From a virus: a DNA stretch of 64,000 bases. Location: the UHGV virus genome UHGV-1372970. One strand, 5' to 3'. Positions 9,348-23,300 of this stretch are shown here, one piece after another. A program made the position numbers and the translations under genes. The number at the start of each line of letters is the position of its first letter. Position 1 is the first letter of the stretch. The notes below the pieces were generated by a model. It searched no databases, was not told the origin of the DNA, and saw nothing but the letters and a program-made list of their open reading frames with translations.

Positions 9348-9651
9348 TACCGCTTTTTACGCCATACGCTGCCAGTCCCAGCAGCAAGGCGGTGATCAGG
9401 AAAGAAGTGACCTTAGACACTACCCCACCGAAAAAGCCGCTTGAAATGGCATCCATTCGGTTCAGTAATTTGTCCAGGTTGGCGTGCTGAATGCTATGCT
9501 GGGTTGCGGTCATATCACCCAGGTATGCTTTCAGCCGCTTATCCACCTCTTCCCCAACCTCGTCGCGAAGCCCCTGCAGGACTTCTCGCGCGACAATTTG
9601 AGCGATGCGTTCCACTTCCTTGTGGCTCACACCGGGCGTTTCGTTTGACAT
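9337..9651 (-). CDS. Putative holin (small protein with a C-terminal transmembrane segment)
   Basis: 104 aa. Hydrophobic segment FLITALLLGLAAYGV. First gene of the lysis cassette; overlaps the endolysin start. Confidence 0.4.
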   Translation of the reverse strand: MSNETPGVSHKEVERIAQIVAREVLQGLRDEVGEEVDKRLKAYLGDMTATQHSIQHANLDKLLNRMDAISSGFFGGVVSKVTSFLITALLLGLAAYGVKSGIGN

Positions 9652-9713
9652 TGATAATCCTCCATGACTGTCAAACCCAAATCCACCCGGTTATACCATA
9701 TCCCTTGAATTAA

Positions 9714-9731
9714 AGTAAGTAAATACTTACT
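9714..9731. promoter_or_regulatory. Late-type palindrome AGTAAGTAAATACTTACT upstream of holin
   Basis: Perfect inverted repeat AGTAAGTA/TACTTACT. Member of the recurrent TAAGTA-n-TACTTA family. Confidence 0.45.
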
Positions 9732-9733
9732 AA

Positions 9734-11278
9734 CTACTCAAAATGAACAAATGTGCGTAAATCTCTGTTCTCAGCTCTGAGTTCGCTAATCTCCCGCGAC
9801 AATACCTGGATAGCACTTAAGGCGTCCATCAACAAAGGATTGGAGTCCAGCACAAGTTTTTCAATTATCTCCTGATGTTCTGATTCAATTTCATTACCTT
9901 CATCATCCTTTATGGCTGGGTGGTTTACCACACCTTTACTCACCTTCACGTAGCACGGGTCAATTTTCTGAAGCTGCTGAGCAATCACACCTCGACGCTG
10001 GCGCCCGCTCTCGTCATCGTTATAGATGAAAGTAACTAGTTTCATGGCATTGATATTACTCAACGACTTCATGCCATCTGTGGGCTTAATATCATGCTTG
10101 AGGTTTTTGTCTGAAGTTGCGGCCCACGCTACATCACCTCGCTGACTATTCCAGATCATTCCGTCGCTGCGATGATGCCAGTATTGTACGGGCGCACCAT
10201 ACCCTTTGACTTGGGTAACGAGACGGTGGTTGTTTCCGACATGCTCTTCAAACCAAAAATTCCCCCCTGCCTGACCGTTCGAGTCCGCCCCTATCGTAGC
10301 AAATTGAGTGGTTAATTGCGGAGCAACCCTTATTTCCCCTAAATTCGCAGAGGGATCATTGTCGTACTGTGCTATGATGCCGGCACGACTAGCGGCACGC
10401 ACATATAAATCGGCTTTAATACCCTGCTGAGAGCGAATATTTTTGGCAACTCGAATACTGCACTCGAACCCTAATGCGACCGGGTCATCCGCAATAATTC
10501 GGTGAGTATAGTCTGCCGTGCTATTCCCATAATGGAAGTCGATAAACGGTGTTGTATAGGAAAGCTCAATGCTTCTGGCGCTAACACCTCCATCCGTGAA
10601 GTTGGCGTTTTTCTTACCATTAATATTCCCCAAAATATCAACATCGCCAGAGCTATTAACACCAAATATTTCGGTCTGGACATCTGTAGCAGATATCCGG
10701 TCATTAGCGCTTTTGACAACAGAGAATCGCGTAGATTTCCCGACCATGAGTTTTCCCCATGTTCCGTTTTTCTTAACCAGCCCTATATCAGCGTTCTTGC
10801 CGAGAATAAAACCGGCGTCGTCGCTATCCACACTCTGTGTTCCAGTAAAATTATTCCCACCGGCAATGCTGGCCATCCCTTTAATCGCTGGTACAGTGAC
10901 AGACTTACCCGTCATGGGGTCTGTTAACGTTATATTTCCACTTCCCGTCAATGCCGCTGACCAGCCCTCAACGACACTACGCCAAAGAGAGAACACGCTG
11001 GCGAGTTGATTGGCAAAAGCTGACGTGCTGGCCGTCTCTGACGTGATAATGCCATAGGACGCCCCAGAGAACGCTGTCGTGATGTTTCGGGTAAGCGTCA
11101 GTTGCGTATCACTGTCGACGGATTTAATCGCGTACAAGTCCGCGCCCCCGCTCCGATACACGACAAGAATGGAACCCTGTTGAACGCCAAGAGCTGTCTG
11201 CGACCACTTAGTCGTTACACCGGTCACTTTCGCCTGATTTGCGGCGCCGGTTACGGTGCCTACTTCATACATACTCAT
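9734..11278 (-). CDS. Tail fibre/side fibre with C-terminal S74-type intramolecular chaperone (autoproteolytic) domain
   Basis: 514 aa, beta-rich. C-terminal ...TSDKNLKHDIKP...LVTFIYNDDESGRQRRGVIAQQL...SELRAENRDLR resembles the endosialidase / T5 pb1 C-terminal chaperone domain (Ser-Lys dyad). Lies immediately downstream of the J gene. Confidence 0.65.
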   Translation of the reverse strand: MSMYEVGTVTGAANQAKVTGVTTKWSQTALGVQQGSILVVYRSGGADLYAIKSVDSDTQLTLTRNITTAFSGASYGIITSETASTSAFANQLASVFSLWRSVVEGWSAALTGSGNITLTDPMTGKSVTVPAIKGMASIAGGNNFTGTQSVDSDDAGFILGKNADIGLVKKNGTWGKLMVGKSTRFSVVKSANDRISATDVQTEIFGVNSSGDVDILGNINGKKNANFTDGGVSARSIELSYTTPFIDFHYGNSTADYTHRIIADDPVALGFECSIRVAKNIRSQQGIKADLYVRAASRAGIIAQYDNDPSANLGEIRVAPQLTTQFATIGADSNGQAGGNFWFEEHVGNNHRLVTQVKGYGAPVQYWHHRSDGMIWNSQRGDVAWAATSDKNLKHDIKPTDGMKSLSNINAMKLVTFIYNDDESGRQRRGVIAQQLQKIDPCYVKVSKGVVNHPAIKDDEGNEIESEHQEIIEKLVLDSNPLLMDALSAIQVLSREISELRAENRDLRTFVHFE

Positions 11279-11325
11279 TATCTCTTCCTTGAGATGCCGC
11301 CCACTTCCTGTAGGCGGCTTTAGTT

Positions 11326-14300
11326 TTAGAAAATACCCATTCTCACTCGGAGACGGTTGTTCGAGTCGTAAACTTCAATCTTACCATTGGAGATGGTCGT
11401 TCTGGCACTTCCCGACCCGGTGCCGTTAATCTCCATCGTGCCGTTTTTACCGATCCTCCAACCAGACTGGCCGCTGGAGTAGTTGCTCGACTGAAGATCC
11501 CCTACCTTGGCGTTGGTAATAGAGCCGTCTTTGATGTAAGCCGCGTTCATATAGGTGACGCCATTATCGATAACAAACGGCGTCGTGGTGCTGCCATTCG
11601 CGGTATTGATTAAAGCGAACCTGTCAGCCTGAACTAAGAACTGGCTTTGCAGACTTTTGCCGTCGACACCGAGAGCAATGCCGGCCGCATACTTCTGTCC
11701 CGCGCTGTTCGTTTCCATCTTCACCATCCAGGTACTGTTCAGCGAGTCGTTATTTGAAACGGCTTCCTGAAGTACCTGGATAGATGCGGTCTGGTTATTC
11801 AGAGTCGCGGTCATGTCGGTCTGGCTCTTAGCAACGGCACTCAACTGAGTGGCCTGAGTGGCCTGAGTCGACTTTATGGTTGCCACACTGGTCATAGTGC
11901 TATTCAGATCAGCCTGATTTGCAATGTTGGCCGACGCCTGAGCACTGATCTGAGACTGAAGACTCGTGTTTAAAGACGCCTGTGTGCTCTGGCTGTCAGA
12001 TATGGTCTTAGACAGCTGATCAACCTTCGACGTTGCCCCATCAACCTTCGACTGCATGGAAGACAGTTGCGACGTTTGGGCTGTCACTTTTCCGTCGATG
12101 TCGCTGACCTTCGTCTGCAACGATGAGATTGCCGTTGCGTTTGCATCCGCCGTAGCCTGTGCATCCGCAGCATCAGTGATATCGGTAATGACGAAATCAT
12201 CAATGTACGCCGCGTATCCAGGTGTGTTGGAGCCATTCTGACCACGAGTAGAAACCCATACATGGCTACGGGTTACGCTCGGACCCAGCTTCAGCACGCC
12301 ACTGAACTTGACCCACTGATCGCGTGCGCCAAGGCCTGACTCGTTGAACGTAATGCCCTGCCAATCGTTCGCACCATCTTTGTTGATCGAGTGCAGACCA
12401 ACGGCCACAGACCAGCCAGACGGCGGGGCTTCACTTGCCGGCATCATAGCCCAAAACTCAACGCGATATTTCGCGCTCTGGCGCACCGCAGAATAGGAGC
12501 CGATCGTCTTGTCTGCATTCCCACCAGTATTGGCCGGACGAATAACTTTCAGACATTTGCTGCCGGTGCTCTTGAAGTCCGTCGTTACAACCGCAGTGCT
12601 GCCGCCCAACTGCTGATTGTTGTCATAGGTTTCGAAAGTACCGTCGATCCACGGGTTACTCTGGACCTTCAGCGTATTCAGGCTACTCTTCAGGTCAGTG
12701 ACACTGCCACTCGCAGAAGACAAGTCTTTACCTTGCTGAGTAACCGTGTTCTGCAGTGACTGAAGAGCCGAAGCGTCGGCCTTGCCAGAAACCTTGTTAT
12801 TCAACGAATTAAGGCTATTGCTCAGATTCGTGATACTCCCGGTGTGACTGGAAACAGTACCCTCCGCACTGGTAACTCGCGAAGTCAGACTAGCAACCGC
12901 ATTGCTCGTCGCGTCGATGTTCACTATGTCAGTGATATCGATGAAGTAAAAATCATCGAAATACTGATTACCTGATTTTAGGGACGAGTTGATAGAGACA
13001 CCAACACTGCCAGATACCGTCGCCTTCCAAGTCCCGGAAATCTCCTTCCAGGTCGAGTCAGTGGGAAGGTCTGCCGGCTTAAACTGGAAGTCAACGAGCA
13101 GAGACGAGTTGCCGATACGCAGTTTGTTATTGCCCTGATTATCGACAACGGAGCCAGACTGACAGCGAGCAAACACGCCGATTTTGTAGGTGCGATCTTT
13201 CGTCACTACGATGCTTTGGGAGACTGCCCCCGTACCGGTCCCACATGACAGGATCTTACTTCCCGAATTTGGAGACTGAGCATTAATAACCGTAATGAAT
13301 GAAGCGCCGCCACCGAAGCCTTCCAGACCGCGCTCAAACGATGAGTTGGTCAGAAGGTTTCCAATGATTTTTTTCGACGCGTCGCTGTCCGCAACCAGAT
13401 TGGCAAGTCCGGTATTCGTGGCACTCAGGCTGTTCTGCAGGTTGGTGACATTACCGCTCTGCGTGGAAATATCCTTACCTTGCTGCGTTACCGTGTTCTG
13501 CAGTGACTGAAGCGCAGTTGCGTCAGCTTTCTTGCCGATGTTGCTGTTCGCTGTTGCCAGTCCATTCTGGAGACTCGTGATTGCGCTACTGGACGAGGTA
13601 ATATCTTTACCTTGCTGCGTTACCGTGTTCTGGAGTGTGGTAATCGCCGATGCGTTTGCATCTGCTTTCATCATCACGCCACCAGCTGCCCCAAGCCCCA
13701 TCATTACGCCGTTCACGAACTCAACAGAGGTCGAGACAAATGCGCTCTGATCACTACCAGTAGGCGAACGAAGCTCCAGACCGTCACCTGCCTTCATGCC
13801 CTTACGGCCAAGCAGGATGTAGGCGCCGCGATAAGGCAGCGAGGCGAGAACCTCACTCGTTCCGCCGAGTAACTCAATAGCGGCATAAACACTTGAGCGA
13901 GATCCCGTAGGCTCATCGTATGTCATTACACACGCATAGACACCGTTGGCCAGCGCTGCAATGTCATCCGACATTGTTTTGCCGTTATTGGCAGAACCAA
14001 AAACGTCATACGTCTTGCTGGTGTCGATGGAAGTCGAACCATCGCTATTTGCTTTAAACGTTACCAGCGCATAGCTACGGCCAGGGGCAAACACTTTTAC
14101 CCCGGACTCGTCAAAAATCCCGTCCTTCGCGCTGGATCCATTCCCTCTAGAAGTAATGGTAAACACTGTGCGACGAGTCAGAGACGCCTGAAGAGATGTC
14201 ACATTGGCATTCGATGCAGTAATGTCTTTACCCTGCTGGGTTACGGTATTCTGCAGCGTTTGCAATGCGGAAGCATCCGCCTTTTTGCTTACGTTTGCGT

Positions 14301-17300
14301 TGGTCGTGTTCAGACTATTTTCGAGGCTGGTGGTCCTCGTTCCCTGCGAGGTAATATCCTTGCCTTGCTGCGTTACGGTATTTTGCAACGTCTGCAACGC
14401 GGAGGCATCAGCCTTTTTGGAAACGTTCGAGTTCGTTGTGTTCAGGCTATTTTGCAGACTGGTCAACGCCGTTCCCTGTGATGAAACAGTCCCTTCAACA
14501 TTACTCACTCGTGAAGTCACTGACTGAATCGAAGAGCTGTTTGCCGCAACAGTGGTCTGCAACGAAGACAGATCGGCAGAAGCAGCGAGGTCAGTCGGGG
14601 CCGGGGACCATTCAGTAGGCATGTTGCCTACTTCCATCTTCGGAGCGCTAACATAAACTGTCTGATCAGCCGTCGTCGATGCCTCTATACGAGCAATGAT
14701 CAGTCGTTTTGCGCCAGTGCCCGGTTTCTGCTTCCACTTGACCCAATAACGAACCCATTCAGTTGTCAGAGTGAATACAGCACGGCCATCAGTATTTGAA
14801 GCCTTAACGCCCTGGCTGGTTTCAGAGGATCCCGTCGTGTTCGGGTTATAGAAGAATGCCGTCATTGACTGTCCATCTACACCACCTTTTGCATAGAAGC
14901 TGTAGACATACTCTGCATTATCGACAGGCGCATCGATACTGACCTCCTTGAGATCTCTATATGAGCCGCCGGCTTTAATCGTCGCACCACTTACCGCATT
15001 GCCGCGGAAAGTCTCACTAATCTTACTGCCCCAACCATCCATGGTGCCAGACAGTGAAATAAGGTTTGTCCCGCCAACGGAAACATTGCTCAGCGAGTTG
15101 GAAAGATTGGTCAGACTGTCGCTTTGGGTCGACAGATCTTTCCCCTGCTGGGTTACGGTATTCTGTAACGTTTGCAATGCAGAAGCGTCAGCCTTTTTGC
15201 CGATATTGGTATTGGCGGTGCTTAACCCGTTTTCAAGAGCGGTCGCACGAGCACTAACGCTGCTAACGTCTTTACCCTGCTGCGTAACCGTTGATGTCAG
15301 CGAGTCGACGGCTTTCGATGTCGCGTCAGCGGTGCTTTGCGCTGCCGCAGCCGCAGTGATGTTGCGCATGTGCCAGTCAGTCACGTACCAGACTGTACCA
15401 AACGGGCTGGACTGGTTTATTTGCAGGAACGGACGGAGGTACCCTTTGTCCGCGGCAGACTGCGGGACAGTCACCTTCCATGTAACTCGTTTCCAGGTCG
15501 ATGTCGTCTTAGTATTCCCACCAGTGTAGAGAGGGCTTGCAATTCCACCTGTTGGCCCGTTGGCGGTACCAATGTAGAGGTTGAAGTCAGCTGAACCCGC
15601 TCCACATGCCACCAGCGCAGAAATTTCAAATACATCACCAACTGTCGCAACAATCGTGTTGAAATTCGGGTGGTGGTCGCGAGCAGCCAGTTTCGCCGCG
15701 TATTTGAATGGACATCCAGCTGGCACACCGTCAGAGTCCGTAGAAACGACAGTAAAGCCCATACTGTCATACTGAACATCAAACGTTGGGTTAGGGACCA
15801 GCTCGCCGCTTGTCGCGTTACCGGCGCGAATTGCAGCATTCAGAGATTTCACACTGCTGTTCGTCGCTGTGATATCGCTTTCGGTCTTAGTCACACGCCC
15901 TGTCAGAGAGTCGACGGCGGACTGTTCAGCTTTCTTCGCAACTTTGGCATCAGTAGAGCTGAGACTATTCTTCAGGCTTGTGATGCTATCGCCCTGGCTG
16001 GTTAGCGCGTTACCTTGTTGGGTCACTGTATTTTTCAGTGAGGTCATTGCGCTGGCCTGTGCGTCGATCGCTTTCTCGTTCGTGACATCGACAAGGAAAA
16101 CATCATCGAGATAGAGATATCCTGCACTCAGGCTCGCTCGCAGAGAAATTAGCAATGTGACATCTGCTGCAGGCGTGTACTCACTGCTGACCATCCCCCA
16201 ACCGGTACTAACGCCATTTACGGAGATAAACAGATCCTGAACCGGGCCAGAGTCAGTCCTGATGCTAATTTTGGTGTTGTTTGTATTGGAAATCGCCATA
16301 TCGCTAGATTTGCGAACCCACGCACCAAACCGGTATGTCTTTCCAGCTTTCAGAGAGATGGACTGATCGCAAGAGAGATCACCGGACGCCAACTTTGACG
16401 CCTGAATGATATAGCTCCCAGACTTCGGTGCTTGCGCGGCCAAAGTGGTCCACCCGGTGTTATTCCATCCATCAAACCAACGCTCAAAAGAGTTATTTTT
16501 GAGCATGTTACCCGGATTAACTTTCGAGGCGTCGGCATCAGCATTGGCGCTGTTCAGTGAATTATTAAGCTGAGTCAGGCTATCACTTTGGCTTAACACT
16601 TTGCCTTCAGTTGAGCTAACACGACTAGCCAGACTGCTTACTGTCGACGCATCGGCTTTCTTCGCAACATTGCTGTTTGTCGTATCGAGTGACGATTTCA
16701 GACTGGTGATATTGCTGTTGGCGGCAGTAATATCCTTGCCTTGCTGTGTAACCGTGTTTTGCAACGCCTGCAGCGCAGAGGACTCAGCCTTTTTACTCAC
16801 ATTGGCGTTGGTGGTGCTCAAGTCGTTTTGCAACTTGGTCACAGCAGCGCCCTGGGATGTGATATCAGTACCGTTCTTTTCAACGGTAGAGTTCAGTGTC
16901 TGAATCGCAGACGCGTTGGCGTCGGACAGCTCCTGAGTATTGTAGGCGTCGGTCACTTCCGTGAGCACAATGTTGTCAATCAGGAACGAATCACCGGCTT
17001 TAACCGTTGATACGTTCGGCACTGAAATTCGAGCCATAGCCTGCTTTACGCCGCTCTTGGTCAGCTTAAGATAGCCAGAGACTTTAGTCCATGATGTCGC
17101 GGAAAGGTCTTTTACTGCCTTTGTCAGCGATGGCCATTGCCAGGAGTCATCCTGATACTGAACAGACAGACCGACAGTGATTTGGGTGTTCGCGGCCATA
17201 TTCGCTTTATTCGCGTCAAGCTTCACCCAATATTCGAGATAGAAGACTGCATTATCTCTGACCTGGAAACTGCCGAAGATATGGTTGTCGCTGTTATCTG

Positions 17301-20300
17301 TAGAATTAGGGTTGTAGTCATTCGGGCGAGTAACTCGAATGCACTTGCCACCACCCTGCGCGTCATCCGTGGTGACGATTACGCGGTTGTTCGACAGATT
17401 ATAGCCATTGCTATAACTCTCAAATGTCCCATCAGGCAAAATGTTGGCGCCACGCTTTGACTGCTGATTCAGAGAGCTATTGAGAGATGTAATCGCGTCA
17501 CTATTGCTTGAGACCCCATTCTCCGTATTGGTCACGCGAGTGGTCAGCCCATTAAGCGCCGTCGTGTCCGCTTTCTTAGCAACGTCGCCTTTGACGGTAT
17601 TGACAGTATTATTCAGGGTTGTGAGTGAACTACCCTGGCTGGTCAGCGTCTTGCCCTGCTCTACGACCGTATTCTGCAACGTCTGCAACGCAGAAGCGTC
17701 TGCCTTCTTCGACACGTCGGTCTTCGTAGACGTCAGGTCGTTCTGTAGCTTAGTGATCGACGTTCCCTGAGAACTAATCGTGTCACCTTGCTTGGTCACT
17801 TTCGTGGACAGATCGCTCAACGCGCTGGCCGTCGCATCATTATTGACTGCGTCAGTAATATCGAACACTTGGAATGAATCGATCCAGATTTCCGCATTAC
17901 TTGGATGGCAGTAGATGCCAAAGGCCTGGCCATCCGCACCAGTGCTCGGGGAGAAGGGTGTATCCCATGTGATAGTCTGCCAGTCGCTCGTCAGCGTGAC
18001 GTTTTTATCTTCGTAATTACCCTCGACAGACCCGTTAAAGTTCCAGCGGCGCAGAAGCATGTTCATCGAGCCTGAAACACCCTTGGCGCGAACGATATAG
18101 CGGAATTTGCGAGAACCATTTACCGGGACAGGTTTTTTACGGTTAGCAAAAAGCCCCGGAGATGTAGAGTTCACTCTGACCATGCGGACGCCGGAGGAAT
18201 TTTCACCATAGGCGCCAAATTCTACGAGGCTTCCGGTCGGGACACTGTTCTTCTGAGTGCCAAATGCTGAGCCGTCACCGATGAGATCAGCATCCTGAAC
18301 CAGATTATCGCCCATGTTCAGCATGGCATTGACGTTGTTGTTCAGGCTAGTAATAGAATCGCCGGCTGAACTGATGTCCTTACCCTGCTGTGTAACGGTA
18401 TTTTGAAGCGATGACAGCGCGGCTGCGTCAGCCTTCTTAGCTACATTTGCGTCGGTCGTCTTGAGGCTGTTCTCAAGGCTAGTGGCACGGCTACCAACAC
18501 TGGTCAGATCCTTGCCTTGCTGGGTTACGGTATTCTGCAGCGATGATAAAGCTGTGGCATCCGCTTTCTTTGCAACGTTGGCATTGGTGGTGCTCAGGTT
18601 GTTCTGCAGGCTTGTAATGCTGCTTGAGGCTGAAGCAATGTCTTTGCCCTGCTGGGTAACCGTATTTTGCAGTGTCTGGAGAGCTGCGGCGTCCGCTTTT
18701 TTCGCGACGTTCGCGTTGGTCGTGTCCAGATTGTTTTTCAGATCCGTAATGCTGGTGGACTGCGACGCAATGTCTTTACCCTGCTGGGTTACGGTATTCT
18801 GAATAGATGACAACGCAGATGCATTGGCGTCGATATTGACGCTATCTGTCACATCGATGACATAGAAATCATCAAAGTAGCGGTTTCCTGCCGTCAGATA
18901 GTTGTTAAGCGTCACCGGCAAACTAGCCGTCTCGGTCGCCTTCCAGCGTCGGCTGAATTTAGTCCAGTCACCGGATACGCCGGTAAATGGCAACTCGAAC
19001 ACCGGATTGCCGGCGCTGCTGCCTACACGGAGTTTGTTATTTCCACTGCCATTATCCGTCGTGCCTGAAATCTGCTTAACCCATACCCCGATCTCATAAG
19101 TGCGGTCTTTGACGAAATCAATATTCTGACCCGGCGCGATGCTGCCCGGATCGATCTTCAATGCGCGAGTACCAGTATGCGGGGATTGAACCTCAACAAC
19201 CGTGCTCTTAGAGCCAACGCCGATATACCCATCAAATCCACGCTCAAAAGATGGGTTTACAATAAGGTTGTTTGGAGTCTTCGCAGAAGCATCAGAATCG
19301 GCAATTGCGTTACTCAGTGAGTTATTCAGCTGGACGATGCTGTCTGCCTGACTGGACACCTTGCCCTCGGTTGCGCTAACACGAGATGTCAGATCATTGA
19401 CCGCCGTCGCGTCGGCTTTCTTCGCAACATTGCTGTTTGTCGTATCAAGAGACGTTTTGAGGTTAGTGATACTGCTATTCGCGGCGGAAATATCTTTACC
19501 CTGTTGCGTCACTGTTCCCTGCAGTGCGGTCAGCGCTGTCTGGTCGGCCTTTTTACCAACATTGGCGTTGGTGGTGCTCAGGTCATTTTGCAGTTTGGTG
19601 ATCGACTGACCCTGGGTGGATATATTCGAACCCTGTTGATCCACTGACGTCTTCAGAGTCTGCAATGCAGAAGCGTCAGCTTTACCCTTCAGCGAAGATT
19701 TAAGACCAGTGATATCCGACGCCATCGCGCTGTCCTGAGTGTTCAGGGTGTCGAGCGACTTGTTGATGTTGGAAACGCTGTCGTTAACTTTCGTTTCAAG
19801 AGACTGACGGGCCGCTGCTTCTGCTTTATCAGCAGTCACGCGAGCCTGTTGCTCCTGGAAAATCAGACCAGAGCCGACTTTAGCCAGGTCACTCCCTTCG
19901 TAAGACCCGCGCATCTGGACAGCCAGAGTGTTTCGGCTCGCAGCTTCAGCAGCATCAGCGTCAACACGAGCGGCCTTTTCTTCCTGCAGAGCGGCCATGC
20001 CAGCGCCAGGGGTCGGGCGACCTACCGCAATCCAGTCAATCAGAAGATAGTTAGCATCATTCTGACCTTTCAAAAAATCGAGACGGAGACGGCGAATGGT
20101 CGTGGAGGAACGCCAGTCGATGTCGTGGAGAGACAGCGTGGCAATGCCATTTGCATCATACTCAGGCTCATCGAAAGAGATAGAACGCGAATCGGACCAC
20201 CCCTGCTCAGACGCACCAATCCAGTACAACTTACCAGCCCATACTGGATTACCGACCTTCTTAATACGCAGTTTGATGAAGCGATAAGCGTTAGCGTCAA

Positions 20301-23300
20301 TGGCCATGTTGTTCGGCGAACGGCACGAAGATGTGCTGTTCGCGGACTTCAGCCAGCCATCGCTGGTCACGTTCATCGGCACGCTACTGCCATCGTCTTC
20401 AGTCCAGCCTTCGTTATTGGTATCGAAATACCAGATGTTCAGACTATCAAATTGCTCACCGGTGCCGGCCGCGATCTGAGAGATCTGTTGCGCCATCGAC
20501 TCATTCGCTGTCTGCATTTGAGTGGAGAGATTACTAATCTCAGACTGGCGGTTGTTTTTCTCCTGCAACAACCCATCAGCTCGAGCGCGAGCCTCGCTTT
20601 CCATGTCCGCAATTCGACTTGATGTTTCAGCCGTGATGGCATTTGCCGTCTTCGTATCCAGAGTAGAAACGGCGGTCGCTCGGTCGCTGACTTCTTTCTC
20701 GATTTTGGCATTGAGAGAGGTAGCGGAGTCGCTAATAGCTTTAGCTCGGTTACTAGCCTCAACTGCTACAGAGTCAGAAATGGCAGAGGCGCGGGCAATG
20801 GCCTCATCAGACACCGCTTTAGCTCGCGCTGAGGCCTCGTCTGAAATTGCTTTGTTACGAGCGTCAGCCTCACCAGAGATTGCAGCAGCGCGGGCGGTTG
20901 CTTCGTCTGAAACAGCCTTAATCCTTGCAGACGTCTCATTAGAAACAGCCTGAGCACGTTTACTGGCCTCGTCCGCCACTGCACTTGCTCGATCCGTTAT
21001 CTCTTTGTTGATCGCGGAGTTCAGCGTTTTTTTCGCATCACTGATCGCATTGGCGGACTCAGTACGAGCGTCATTAACCTGGGAAGTTGCCTGGCTTTTG
21101 GCTTCGTCGATTGCGGCGTCAACCTCAACGGCAACAGCCTTGCTGTCTATGTCAGCAATCAGATCCTTGCCCAGCTCTGACTCCGTGATTTTGTTCTTCA
21201 GGAACGAAAGTACATCACGCGTCGTTGCGGTTGTTGCAAGAGACGAGTTTAGAGCGCTGAGCATCCCGCGTTTGTTGGCTGCGCGTACCCAATAATACCA
21301 GGTGGCAGAATCTTCAAGACCGTTATGGCTAAACGTCGTCCCGCTAACTTTTGCGATGACCTGAGCTTTTGCCTTATCGTTAATCTTGGACGCCAGCACC
21401 TCAATGTGGTCTAAGTCCACAGAAGACGGGTTGATCCAATTCAAAACGATTGAACGGTAGTCGCCTACAGCGGTCAAGCCAGTAGGTGCAGCTGGAGCTG
21501 ACAGTGTGCCAAGCACTTTGTAGGTGATGCTGATAGGATCAGTCTTCCTGCCCCCAACGGAAACAGCGTACACCTGAAAATCGTACTGCCCGTCTTCAGC
21601 GACATCACGGAGTTCGAATTGCTCTTCAGTGACGCGCTGGGATTGCCAGTTAGAAACGTTACCAGCGTCAGAGCGGCGCCAGCTGACATAATACTGTGCT
21701 GATTTCCCCTGCCACGCGGCAGTTAACGATACGGACAAGTTGCCCGGAGAAGACAGGTAAGTACCTTCTGTCACTGTCAGACCGGACGGCTTTGAGAAAG
21801 TCGGATCGAGGACAGTTGTATTTTGCGGGATCAGCTGTGCGCCGTTGTCGATGGCTTCGTATTTGGTCGGATTGTTCTGGATGGCCGTAATGTTAAACGA
21901 CGTCCCGTCCGTGCCTTCAGCAACGCTCACGACGCGTGCCTGAAGCGGAACCAGATCAGGTTGTGCGATTACCCATACAGCATCAGCAACGGGCGTTTCT
22001 GCCGATGTGAGGGCGGTTTTAAACGTCACAGTGGAAACATTCTTACCATTTTCCAGAATGTCACGCTCAACCATCTTACCCTCTGAACTCAGGAAGGTGA
22101 TGTGATTTCCGACGGACGTCAAATCTACAGGCGAATCCAGCTTAACGCTGTTAGCAGTATATCCAGTGATTCGGCCGCTGTTGCGTCTTCCAGCACGGAA
22201 TTTATCAGCGATAAGAACCACATCACCAGGCATCAGGAATACTGAATCCATGCCTACAGAGTAAGTGATAACATCGGACTCCATGCGGGACGTGTAAAGC
22301 GTCCAGAGACCAACACGGTGAGCCTGGCCCCGTGAAGTACAACCAAAGGCGACGGATTCGGTTTTACGGATGCCGTATCGCTTAATTGCCTCCTGGTCTT
22401 CAACGTACTCTACACTTTGCTTGTAGCCATCTTCCTTGTTGTTGTAGGTGATGAGTGCAACGGAATAGCGGTCTTTTCGGGCCGAGCCTTTGTAGACGAA
22501 AGAGCCGTTAACCACGTTGCTGTTAGAGAACAGCATCACCGGGTCAGCTGGGGAATCCTGCGTGACGTGAACCATGCCACCAGCCCAATAAACCATGCCA
22601 CGGAATGCCCCTGCGATGTCCTGCACGACGCGATAAGCATCTTGGCGACTGGTAATCTGGGTGTTGATAGCGAAACGCTTCTCTTGGCTACCGAAGCCAT
22701 CATCAACGAACGCATCACAGTAGCGGCCGATCTGATACAACTCGCCAATGTTTATCATTGACTCTTTAACGAACTCGCCTAAGCCATAACGGGTATTCGT
22801 TAACAGGTCAAAAAGGATCCATGCCGGGTTAGAAGTTGATGCCAGCTTAAACGTGCCATCCCAATTGCCGTCGTAGGTATTGGTGTCAGCGTTGTAGTTT
22901 GACGGTACGCGGATCTTCATACCTTTAATCAGGTATGAACGAGTCGGCATAGACGAGCCGAATTGCTCTGAGTTGATTTTCAGGCCAGCCAGAACAGAGT
23001 TCGGATAGTTCAGGCTGGTGTTGACGATTTCACCAATAGAATCGATGTAGGTGTCGTCGTACAAATAGCTGTCGTCTTTATGGTCTTCGGTCAGACGAAT
23101 TGCACGCAACGTGTAGGATTTGGCCGGCTTCGGCAAATCAAACACATAGCTGCGGTAATAAACGCCTGTCTTTTTGGCGGTCAAAGTAATGATCGACGCG
23201 TCTTCGCCTTCGGCTATCGCATCAACAAAACCTTTTCCATTTCCCGAATCAATCTGGAATTTGTACTGAACGGTTGTGCCGTTTGTATCTCCGTTTTTCT

